The notes below the pieces were generated by a model that was not told the DNA's origin, searched no databases, and was given only the letters and a program-made list of their open reading frames with translations. Made by a program: the position numbers and the translations under genes. From Sphaerodactylus townsendi (lineage: Eukaryota): a stretch of 64,000 bases of DNA. The DNA lies in NCBI RefSeq assembly GCF_021028975.2, contig NC_059425.1, positions 55,862,001 through 55,926,000 of the forward strand. Reading direction: 5' to 3'. Shown here piece after piece: positions 50,214 through 61,900 of this stretch (positions are counted from its first letter, which is position 1; every line of letters starts with the position of its first letter).

Positions 50214-50751
50214 TGTAACCTCAGCTTGTGGGTTCTGTGGGGCAGTACTTGGAAGGAGTTGCAAAGAACCAAATTTAAACAAAACAGTTTACTTCTCTTT
50301 ACAAATAACATTAAACATCAACATTTAACATTTACAATTCAAGGTCCTGTTCAGGTTTGCATTTCAAGTCCTTATATTTACAGTCTACTGATATTGCCAA
50401 GTCCAATTCTTCTTTGCTGGTGGTTGGTTGGTTTTGAAGACTTCAAAGACTTGGTGAACGGGATTCAAGATGATGAAGGTTCCCAGAAAACTCTCACCAT
50501 TTACATACACAAAAACCCTGAAACAATAAATTCTAACATTTAAAATATAGCAAAAAATAAACAAACTCCCTTCCCACTAGTTCCCCACAACATTGCAGTT
50601 ACCTTAAACAAGGTGTTAAGGGCTTAATAAAATCAATCAAGGTCCCAGCCTGGTAGCCTTGCTTCCTCCAACCTCATGAGTTCTGCAGCATTCTGCTTCT
50701 TTTCAGACTCCACCCCTTTCTGGGTCATCCCATTCTGACACAGGGGTTACA
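50214..50751 (-). mobile_element. Solo LTR (538 bp)
   Basis: TGTAACC...GGTTACA ends, 4-bp TSD AGCC, homologous to the LTRs at 55146 and 56150. Confidence 0.9.
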
Positions 50752-50779
50752 AGCCCACTTTCTGCCAAATAACTAGAAC

Positions 50780-50895
50780 CCAAGAAGGGCAACAGTAAAA
50801 TTGGTACAAGGCTGTTAATGATAGGATGTTTTGGAGGAAATTAATTCACAGGGTCACCACAAGTCAGATGTGATTTGATGGTGTATAGCACACAG
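50780..50895 (+). mobile_element. RTE/BovB-type LINE 3' tip
   Basis: AGGCTGTTAATGATAGGATGTTTTGGAGG...ATTCACAGGGTCACCACAAGTCAG, a typical RTE 3' end. Confidence 0.6.
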
Positions 50896-53800
50896 TTTTC
50901 TGCATGCCTTGTGAGTCCTCCTGGCCAAGTACGTAGAGACCTTGTGTATGGGTGACCAAGTTTGGCTGTTTTCATCATGTAATCCAGGGGTGGGGTGGGG
51001 GCAGGAAGGATTCAGATATAGACCTGAAAATTCTCATAAATTGCAACACTGAGCTTCTTGGCTCCCCTTTATCCTCTAGCGGGGAGGAGAGGGCCACAGA
51101 AGCAGAACAGTGAAATTGTAGTTAATGTTTTCTCTGTATTAAGAAAATGGTAACCTAAGATTTTAAGTATGTGCCAATGAACACAGATGGAACTGATGTA
51201 TTTTGAATCATTAATTTTTTAAAGTTTAATTTATTAGTGCATAATTCCTTCGTTGTAAATTATCTAAAATTCAGCAAATGCAGGGTGGTTTTCCCAACTA
51301 TGCTATGACTATACCATGAGGTTAACATTCTCTCAGAAATTCTTTTACACCTATATGGTTTTGTTATGAAGGATTAGAAGTCCTGGGAATTCTTGGGATC
51401 CAAAAGGTTGCCACTGCCCCATGAAGGCTGAGCAGCTTTTTTGCTAATAGTAAAGTTCTGGAGAAAAGGGAGCAATGGAGGATGCTTGTGAAAGAGCTGA
51501 GGGGAAGAGGTTAGTTTACCATTCTCCCCAAGGTGGCTCACAAGGGGTTTGGGGTTGAGAATGTGAAGACTATGGGCCTAATTATGTTCCCGTTTATGTA
51601 ACTGGTCATGCAACAAGACCAGAATGGTCTGGAGTTTAAAAGAAGCTACTTTAGGCATAATCAAAAGTGATCATTCATTTCCTTTATTTTTCCTCTGTTG
51701 ATTTTCCGAGCACTTTTACTGTGATGTTTTTTCTATCTGTTTCCAAGCCAGTTTTCCTTGAGGGTATGATCAAGCTGAAATCAGTGGCGAAGCTGCAATG
51801 GAATGGGGGGAGTTGCTGCATTCTGGGCGTGCATCATTGGTGTCACATGGGGGCGGAAAATAGCCCCCAGACCCCCTCCCAGGGGTATGTGGGTGCTGTG
51901 TGGGCAGATCAGGGCTGATCCTACAGTGTCTTGCGGCCAGGAGTGGGTACCTCAGGTCACAGTTCCCTCTTCCTCTGTCCCTGGCTGAAATGGATTATTT
52001 CTCCACCCTACTGAACACCTGACCCTTCTCCATGCTGCTGTGTTGTCACCCAGTCTCCACTACAGCCATTTTCTCCTTTCCTCATCATCCATTTTGAAAG
52101 GAATTTTTAATATTTTTCTTTTTGTCTTTTCAAATTTGTGACTAAAGTACAGTCAAGAAAAAAGGGAAATTGGATCAGCTTTGTCAATTTCACATAGCTT
52201 GCGATGTTAACATTCAAGTACGGATCAGCTTTGTCAGTGTCATATTGAACTAGCAATGTAACATTAAGGCGAAGATGCACTGCGTCTGCAGTTGGGAGCA
52301 AGTAAAATTGATAAGGGATTGCAGCAATAAATATTGTGTATTACTGCAGCTCTAATTTAACCTGCAAAAGTGGGTTGGGCGGTGGGCGGGCTGTGTGTTT
52401 GTTCCTTCAGGTAACAATGCCTCCTCCAATAGGGTTTTTTGCATTTCATTTTGTGTAGGTAATTCTAAATGGTAGAAATGGAGGCTGAGACATTTTTAAT
52501 TGCTGCTTCAATGTAACTGTGCAATAATGCTAGAGCACCTGAGCAAAAGAAAAAAAGGGGGGAAGGTTGTTTTTCTGCATCCTAGATGATATCCCACCAC
52601 CATTGGGAATAATACTTTTTTAGCAGAAGCATATGGAATAAACACAATTGAAGAGACAAGGGGGAAAACAATAGGGGGAATGGAGGTGTGCATTTCCCCC
52701 CCACAGAAAATATTTCTAAAACACAACGTCTGACCACTGGGAAAATCTGTGGTAAGCTGTGCATGCAGAAAAGGCGAGAGCATGTGCCTCTTTCAAATAT
52801 GCATGTTAGCATACTGTTGCATAAGCCAAATTGACTGTTTTAATGTGGAAGGGAAGAACTGGGTAATGATACTGGTATGTCTTGACTAGCATCCATAAAT
52901 AAATGGGGAAACAGTTCACCTGCTGTCAGTGAGTTTTTGTAGCTACTTCTCAGATGAGACTGAAACAACTTCTGTATTAGTATTTTAAATTAAAGACATT
53001 TCCAGTGCTATCCTAAGCAGAACTCATCAGTGCATTTGGGAGAAAGTAACTGTGCTTAGAATTGCATTGTTAAAGAAGGGAAATCTACAGATAGTATTCA
53101 GTCCAAATTGCTCAGGAAGAAGTAATACATTTACAATGTTTAGAGGTTTTGGCAAAGATGATTGACAGGCACTTGGCTACTTGGTACTTTATGTTTTTAT
53201 TAAATTAACTTTTACTTTACTAAAAGTAATGCACTAAATCAAATACCTTTGAACACTGTATTAAGGTGTTTGCCATTTTTACATTAACTTCTATGACATC
53301 CCTCCAGTGTATAGTTACCCAACTAAAAACTCCAGGCTATGGATCTAGGATTGCTAAGAGGCCTGAAGAAATACGTCCTGTACCTTTAATAGAGGTTTAA
53401 TTTGTGGAAATGGGTAGCTGAAGCTTTTCATGGCACAGTGGTAAATAACATCACCTGGTAAACATCTCACTAAACTTCTATGAAAGACTTTTCCCCCTCC
53501 AGTCTAGTTGACAACCATATAAAATGGATCTGAGCTCAAGAGAGACTCAAAGACAATTCAAATCTTGGAAATACACTGCAAAGCAGGAAATCTTTCAGTC
53601 ATCACTCTTTCTAAATAATGTAAGTTGCTAAAATAAACAGAGGCATTTATGTAATTTAGTAAGTAATGTAGATAAAGGGCCTAAGAAAACACAATAAAAA
53701 ATAGGATAAACTATTGTTCTTGTTGACACTGTTGGGCACTTTTGTCTTCAGCTGTTTTTAACCACCTAGCTTTGTACCATACAAAATCTGCCCCTGATCT

Positions 53801-55145
53801 GATTGATATTTAGGCAGGATCCCACACACTTCCCGGTTGTTTGGCAAGATGTAAGGGGAGGAATCATCCCAATTGATTTGTTGTGTGACGAGGAATTATC
53901 ATATTAAGACTTCAGACAGCTTGAATTTTTGGCAGCTTGCTAACTGCTCCATTTGGCTATGTTGAGGTAGAATGTGTGTCTCTCCATGTGTGCGTTTAAC
54001 ACACCAATAAGCAGTGGAAAGCTGTAAAATTAAATTATCACTTACATTTTACTGTAATAGTGTTTTGTTTCATGTTGAAGAGTTGATCAAAATGTGAAAA
54101 ATGCCAGAGATAGTCTTTGTAATAGTAGCTTAATTTACAGATAGAGTATATGAGATAATGTTTAATGTGTGCATTACCCCCATTTTTCTTGAGTTCTTTC
54201 CCAAAATGCTTATTTTCCTCAATGTCCTCAAGATGTTGTGCTGTGTAGAAAGGACCACTGGTACCAGTATAGTTGTTGTTGGGATGCCAGCCTCAGAAAT
54301 GTGCAGCAGATTTGTGTGCTCCTCCCCATCCCCAATGTTTACCGATTCACTCCTGGAGTTGGAAATCACAGCAAACTATGATTACTTCTTTGTTCCCTCT
54401 TGTGCCTGATGGCTACCATGTGTGAAATCCCCCAACATTCGTTTCACAAGTAGTTTATTCTATTTTTGTTTAATTGCTTTAGCAAATATTTTCCGCTTTA
54501 CAGCAACCTTAAAGGACAGTTTAAGGAAGGAAGTGATGAACAGGTTTGTTATCAAATGCCTCATGCCAACAGTTCCTAAGCTGACACAGAAGGTTTTCCA
54601 TTGGAGTATGAAACAAAGCTTAAGCCATATGATGAGGGCTGGCATAATGACATAGCATTAACAGACCCCTTATTGTTCTGTACTTCCCCTTCCATGAACA
54701 GTGGAAACTTCAAAACAACCGAACCGTTTCCTCTGAATGATACAGCACAAGGCACTTCTGATATTTTGAACCATTCATTTACAAATGTGCAGACTGACCA
54801 GAAACAAGCATAGGCTGTCAGAACCTGTGCTCAAGCAGAAGCTGCCCTGTCCCCACAAAAATAAACAAACAAGTAAACAAAACATGTTTTTTCTCTCTAG
54901 AAATTTCTTCACAACTCTTCCAGCCAAACAAAACACTCCTTTACATTCTCCGTGCTTCCAATACCTACAACCACACTGAGCAAACATGCCCTGCAGGTAG
55001 ATATGGTAGGGTACTTTTCAAGGTGGGCTGTACCAGCTTTTAGAATACCCATTGTACTCTACCAAGGATCAGTCCTAGGAGAATAGCACGACTTTGTTCC
55101 ATGGAGAGTTTAGAACTGGTCTTTTTGATTGAGGTGGAATGGCTG

Positions 55146-56710
55146 TGTAACCTCCTTCTTAATGGTTCAATGGGGCAAGAACCTGGAATGAAGTTACAGA
55201 CAGAATTTAAACAAAAAAGAATGGTTTCTTTTTCTTTACAATTAACACTTTTAAAACATCAACATTTAACGTTACAATTCAAGGTCCTGTTCAGGTTGCA
55301 TTTCAAGTCCTTCTATTTACCAGTGTACTGATATTGCCAAGTCCAAATCTGCGTTGCAAGTTGGCTGGCTCCTAGAAAGACTCAAGGGCTTGATGAACAG
55401 GGATTACAACATGATGAAGGTCTCCAGAGAACCTACCATTACAACCACAAAAAAAAACCTGAAACAATAAACTCCAGCATTTTACAACACAGCAAAACAA
55501 CAACTACCTTTAGTAGTTCCCAACAATATTACAAATTACTTAACAAGTGTTAAGGGCTTATAGAAATCAAGGTCGAGGTCTGGTACCCCTTGTCTTCTCC
55601 AAAGAGCTCTGAGTTCTGCAGCATTCTGCTTCCCTTCAGACTCCACCCCGCTTCTGGAGTCCAGCCCTTTCTGGGCCAACCCATTCTGGGCATGGGGTTC
55701 CATTCTCCCCCACTCAAATTCTGTCGTCCCGACGATAACTACACTGCAACTCTTGTAATCATTGCACAATTATTTCCCCAGAAATTCCTGTACTTGGAGG
55801 AACCACATTTGGTGCATCTGAATGCAGAACATTGTCTTTCATACCAGGATTTCCAACTGTTCCCAAGCAGCTACACTGGATGTTTGCAAAACTTTCCAGC
55901 AAATGTTCAACCAATTGGTTTACGCAGAAGGGATGGGGGGGTTGCAGCGCTGGAATCCTTCCTTCATGCAACTGCCAAGAGAGCAGAATCATGTGCTTCA
56001 AGTTCACGCAACATCTCTTGAACTTACATCACATAACAAAACAGTTATATGGGGATCAAGCCCCAACTTGCTGCACATTTCATTGCAAGCAATTTATATT
56101 TGCAATCTCACTTCCAAGCCCCGCCCACGTTGAAAGCCATTGCTCTAACTTCACCTCCTTCTGGTAAAAGGTTCTGTAAGGGGCCAAGAACCTGGAATGA
56201 GTTACCAAAAAAAGAACCAAATTTAAACAAACAAAATGGTTTACTTTTCTTTACCACCAGAAATTAACACTTTTAAAACTATCAACATTTAGCGTTACAA
56301 TTCCGAAAAGGTCCTGTTCAGGTTGCATTTCAAGTCCTTCTATTTACAGAAGTCTACTGATATTGCCAAGTCAAATCTTCTTTGCAAGTTGGCTGGCTCC
56401 TGAAGACTCAGGGCATTAGACAGGTTACAACATGATGAAGATGCTCAGAGAACTCTCACCCATTACAACCACAAAAGAAACCCTGGAAACAATAAGCTCA
56501 ACATTTACAACACAGCAAAACAACAACTACCTTCCCAGTAGTTCCCAACAATATTGCAAATTACCTTAACAAGGTGTTAAGGGCTTATAGAAATCAAGGT
56601 CCGAGTCTGGTACTTGTAATATTTCTCAAAAGAGCTCTGAGTTCTGCAGCGTTCATATTCCCTTCGAATCACCCTTTCTGGGTCAACCCATTCTGGGCAT
56701 GGGGGTTACA
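55146..56710 (-). mobile_element. Non-autonomous two-LTR mini-retrotransposon (TRIM-like)
   Basis: LTRs at about 55146-55702 and 56150-56710, with a 4-bp TSD GCTG on both outer flanks. Minus-strand PBS TGGCTTTCAACGTGGGCG (tRNA-Lys-like, about 56122-56139) and PPT GAGTGGGGGAGAA (55703-55715). Internal region about 440 bp. Confidence 0.88.
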
Positions 56711-56959
56711 GCTGCTTGGTATTGTGAAGGCTATCACCTATCCTTTGGACTGCTGTCTACCTTGGATGATCAAATCATGCCAAAAGAAGGTAAGAGAGTA
56801 CCTCTAGCCAAGATTATTAATACATCTTTGGTGAAAACAGTGTTTGCACAGCTTCTGAAAATTATAATAATAATACCATTTTCCAGTTATAATTGTTAGA
56901 TCTTTATAGCCCTATTTCCAACCTGGTTATGCATGGTGGGAGATTAACTTGAGGAGTAG

Positions 56960-58770
56960 CTAAATGAGACATCTTCTCTTGGCCCACTTAAATTCCGCTT
57001 CAGTCTTAGATATGGAACTGAAACAGCGTTAGTAGCTCTACTGGGCAATCTTTGTTTACAAACAGATAGAGACTATCGCTGATTTTTGTTGATTGTTTCC
57101 AATTTTTTTGTAGATTTTGACATAGTACGTCATGATATTTTGATGAAGTGTTTGAAAGATATCGAGTCAACTGGGGAGATGGATCTTAAATGTTTTCATT
57201 CTTCTTTGTTCAAAGGGGATAGAGAGAGTTTTGCCAACAATGTAGTTATCAAGCTTATGGGATTTAGCTTGTGGAATTCGTCCAGGGTCCATCCTTTTGC
57301 CTTTTAATATCTTTGTCAAGTTGCTGGCAGAATATCCATAGATATGGGGTTGACTGTCATCTCTGTGCCTAAGCTTAAAAAGCCGGCTTCTGATCCTGTG
57401 AATCAGTGTTAAGAAGCTGTGGAGACTGAAGGAGAATAAGTGAAAGATGAAGGGTGGTGCTGGATCTGCCAGTATTAGATGGCATAAACCTATCTTTGAA
57501 AGATCAGGTAAAGAGCTTGGTGGCACTCTCAGCCCAGTCCTATTATTGGAAAAGCAGACTGGTTGCTAAAAGGGCTATTTTGTTATATCTTCTATACACT
57601 GATCCATGCTTACATAACTTCTTGACTAGCACACTATAATACTAAGAGAAGCTGCCTTAAAATGATTCAGCTTTGGGTTCAATTTAATGTGGTAGTATTT
57701 ACATTTAAATCCCTCCACAGTTTGGGATACACATACCTAAAGGGAGGGGCGTACCGCCCAGGGGGACATATGAGGGCAATTGTACCCAGGAAGTGCGTAT
57801 TTAGACACATGGGGTTTTTTCCGGCGGAGAGATGCCTCTGCCCGGCTTTTGTCTTACCGGCTCTCAAGGCGCGATCTGGCAGGGAAGGAGGCAGAGATGG
57901 CACCACTCCCCTCCCTGGCCAGGTGAGTCCTCTGTGGAGCCAGGAAAGAGCAGCTGGGCACTCCCAGGTCAGGGTCAGTTGTCTGGACCTGGAGCAGCGG
58001 GGCTCCCTCTTGGCGCCACAGCTCAAGGTCAGGGCAAGGATCCCCCCTCCACCACTGGCCGTAATTGCTCCCTCTGGGTTCTCCTGGCCAGCCATGACCT
58101 TCCTGGCTTCAGCAACTACTGTGTCAGGGCATGCCTGGTGGACGGAGGAAGAAGAGACTTCGGTGCGCCTGCAACTGGTGTCACATTGCCCGGCCTGGCC
58201 TGGCTTGGTCACATCTTTCCAGCTTACTCACAAGAAAATTGCCCCCACCCCTCCACATCTTTCTAGCTTACAAGAAAATCACCCCCTGCCCCCCTCCTGC
58301 GATGGTGACTTTGAGAGGACCTGGTGCAAAATAAGTTGTTTGGTTATAATGAGGGGGAGGGTGGCCACCCATATGGGGAAGGGTGGAAAACTCAGATTTT
58401 GCACTGGGCTACATTTTTCCTAGATACACCTCTGCCTAAAGGATTGCATTTGCCTACATGTAACTGTTCATCAGTTACAATGACCTCCCATGAATCTGGA
58501 TGCTCTTCTTTTCAGCCATTTGACCAATTATGTGGAATAGTCTACCTGAGGCAGTCAACAAGGCACCATAATTACCTGTCTTTACAAAGGATTGCATGGG
58601 CGGGTGAGGTTTTCAAGACTTGTTTAGATGGTATTGGTTGGGCTGTAACATTTGATTGTGATTATTTATATAAGGAGATGTTTAATTATGTACGTGTGAT
58701 TTTATGTCTGTATTGCTCCCTGTTGGCATATTATTTGGTCTTTGAAGAAAGGTAGTATGTAAATATTTTA
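56960..58770 (+). mobile_element. Decayed L2/CR1-group LINE remnant interrupted by a hAT element
   Basis: Fragments YGTETALVAL and QFNVVVFTFKSLHSLGYTYLK are typical of L2 ORF2. Confidence 0.65.
57744..58434. mobile_element. Non-autonomous hAT-type element
   Basis: Ends GAGGGGCGTACC / GATACACCTCTG. Exact 8-bp TSD CCTAAAGG at 57736-57743 and 58435-58442. Confidence 0.85.
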
Positions 58771-59899
58771 AGTAACACATAAAGGACCCCCTTATTAGGG
58801 ATACTCATACTGCCAATGTATGTGAGTCATGTCATTTGCTGTGTCCCTTGTTCTGAAAACAGTGGTTGTCAGGGCCAGATTTAAATATTGGCTCATGACA
58901 AAGCTGAGACTGACCAGTCCTACTCAGATGATAAGGGGACCGAGGCAGCTGATCCTGTGGAGGTCAAATCCCAGAAACCCTGCTGCCCCTGGGTCCTCAG
59001 ATACCCAGGCCACCTGCCAAGATTATTGGGCCAATAAACCAAAGGGATGATGAACAGGATCTGGATGTGAGGGCCACAGAACAGCCTGTCAGTGAAAACC
59101 CATCCATTGCCAGGGATCTCACAGGCAACTCCAGATCCCCTGGCTCAGAGGAGATAGACAACCTAGGTAGAGGATCAGCTCTGGCAGTGGAATGCCTGGT
59201 TGGCTGCTCAGGGCCTCTCTTGTGCCCCTGGGGCTTGTGGTGACCAAGATTTGTTGTGAGGTTTTGAAGGATACTGATTAAGTCCAGCTATAAGTAGTTG
59301 CAGGATTCTGGCTTTACTCACTCAAATCTTTATGTGCCTTAGCACATGCTGGTCTCATTGTTTTCACTCTGGGCAGCTATCTCTGTAGTTGGGGAATGTG
59401 CAAGGATGTCACTGGGATGGGAAGCTATGGATAAGCCAAGATTGTTCTTGTTTGTACAGCATGCAAAGTCATAGTCAAGAGTCAGACTAACTAACCAAAT
59501 TCAAACCAATCATATTCATACTAAGCATGGTTTTGTGTTATCCCAGCTAAGTCAATGTTGTGTAATGTTGACAGTCCAGGGCTTTTTTCTACTGAAAGAC
59601 AATTACTTACTTTATTTATGACAATTGTGCTCCTCTGTATTTGTGTACACATTTCTATCAATTGAAGTTTAAGTCACCATGTAACCTACTATGATACGCT
59701 GCCCAAGTAAACACAAAATACATCCTGTTTCCCTATAATATTAATGTGTCTTCTATCAAGTTAGATAAGTGTTTCCCCTAGCACAATATGTTTTATGGCC
59801 CAATCCGGGGGGGGGGGGGACAAAGGGAGTTGTGGGTGGGATGGGACCCTACACCAGTAGATTTGCCCTCCCATGAGTACTTTCCCTCATAGAAGGGTA

Positions 59900-60913
59900 C
59901 TAGCGGGGTCCAGCCACGCGTTGCTGTGGCTTAATGTGGTGAAATGGGAAAGGAACAGTAGCAGCAAATCAATTGCAGAGGCCAGCAGTACGGGCTTATG
60001 CAAACACGCAGCCTGATACTGTGCGATGTCATTGATGTGTGTGCCCGCATTCTTTGGGGGGGGGAATGGAAAGGCACCTCTCCCACACATCTAGGCTGGC
60101 TGGTCATGATCCTTTACCTGGGAGTAAGTTTGGTTGGTGAAAATGGGTGTCGCTTCTGAGGAAACCCTCTGAGGGTCGCGACGCAGCCATACAAAGTATG
60201 TCACAGTTGTTTTACCAAGCTTACTCCTGAGTAATGTGTACCTGGTTTTCTTAACTGTAACCACAGTATTCAGGGAATCTAGGGTGCCTGGCCCCTCCCT
60301 CCCATCCCTTGCATGTCGCCCCACACTCTCTTCCCTCCCTCACTTCTCTTCCCTTGCATGCCACCCCTCCCCTCCCTCCCTTCCCTTTCCCTCTTCTAGG
60401 GTGGGTGGGTCATATGAAGATGCCGGGCCCCCTGTCTCCCCTCCCTTGCATGCCACCCTTCACTCTCTCTCCTTTCTCACTTCTCTTCCCTTGCATACCT
60501 CCCCCTCCATCCCTTTCCTCTCCCTCCCTCTCTTCCCTTGCATGCCACCCCTCCCTCTCCCTCCCTTCCCACTCCCTCGTGTAATGTGTGGTGCAGCCGT
60601 GACACTTGGTCATTTGGCTGCCTGTCACTAATGGTTCCACTGCTCATATCTGGCCATCTGAGCGAACATTCTAAGCAGCATGAACATTCTAAGGGTGACA
60701 GTTACACACAGGCAGCTGCATGTCCTTCACTATGGAGCTCCAGGAAAAAGGCATTTTATCTGGGCTAGGTGTGAAATTTCAGGTGTGTGAACATCTAAAA
60801 ACACTCTTGCCTGGCAGACTATAGTGGCTGGGAATTTTCAGAGGAATTGGCCCAGCAGTTACTGAGTTATACTATCATCAACAAAAACACTGTTAGCTTT
60901 TTATATATATAGA
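59900..60913 (-). mobile_element. Non-autonomous Helitron, complete
   Basis: Minus strand starts A|TCTATATATATAA at 60913. It ends with the hairpin AGCCACAGCAACGCGTGGCT, a short spacer and CTAG|T at 59900. No TSD. Confidence 0.85.
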
Positions 60914-60915
60914 TA

Positions 60916-61900
60916 CTAGCGGGCCCAGCCACGCGTTGCTGTGGCAATTGTCCTTCTCATCACAGTCCGCAACCCACACAGATGTCCATGCAGGTCCAAT
61001 GATCCCCAGCATAGCCTTTTGGGGTGATCAAATGAAATCCCTCTTTCCCTTTTCAATGCACATCTTTATATGGTGCTGTCTTGTTTTTTTAGTATAAGGT
61101 AACCCTTCCCATTCCACAATGGAACTGTGCAGAGTGTGAATCCCGCTGTCCATGAGGCTGGTTGACACGCACAGTCCTGGCTTGGGTAAAGCAGAACTGG
61201 GGAAGGAGGCTGTCCCAGTCAGGCAGCAGAGGCAGGGTGTTGAGGTGCTCAGATGGAGGCCAGCTCCCTGGGTTTGTAAAGGGCCATGTGCAAAAAAAAC
61301 CTAAGCCGGTGGTGTTGGTTCCCCCCCACCCCGCGGATTTTCTTAGAAGAAAAAGGCAAACTCCAGCTCGCTTTTAGTAAAAGAGAGCTGTGGTGAATAT
61401 GGGTGAGGAAGTGGGTAAGTGGTGGTTGGATGTGAGGGAGGGCAGAGTGAGGTGTGTGAGGATGAGCTGGATGGGTGTTGTGTGGTAGCAGTGGGTGAGG
61501 CACAGAGAGTGAAAGTTACCTGCATGTGAGGGGGGGGACCCCACCTGACATCTCACAAGGCATAGTGTGTATGTGTTTCACTTCCACTTGTATTACCTAA
61601 CAGTATTACCTATTTACTGTTTTCACTGCTCATCTCTGCCCATCTGCGGGAACATTCTAAGCCCTCAGGCCACAGACAGACAGGCTGCACGAACATTCTA
61701 AGGGTGACAGTTAAACACAGCCAGTTTCATGGCCTGGTGCACCAGGAAAAAGACGTTTTACCTGGCTCAGGTATGGACTTTCAGCTGTTTGAAGGTCCAA
61801 GTACCTACCAGCAACAGGGAGGGACGTCCTGTGAAAATTTGGGGGCGATCCGTCCAGCAGTTTCTGAGGGAGGCCATCAGGGACAAACACAGGGACAAAC
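60916..61900 (-). mobile_element. Second non-autonomous Helitron, directly upstream in tandem; 5' end not seen
   Basis: Same 3' hairpin and CTAG at 60916-60946. 61620-61880 is homologous to 60635-60860. Confidence 0.75.

Noticed and set aside
50214-55702. Full-length LTR retrotransposon bounded by the LTRs at 50214 and 55146
   Set aside because: The first LTR has its own TSD (AGCC) and the second belongs to the GCTG-flanked element. There is no gag/pol between them.
57662-58423. 253-aa ORF and overlapping antisense ORFs
   Set aside because: It spans an L2 remnant and a GC-rich hAT element. No recognisable domain or exon structure.
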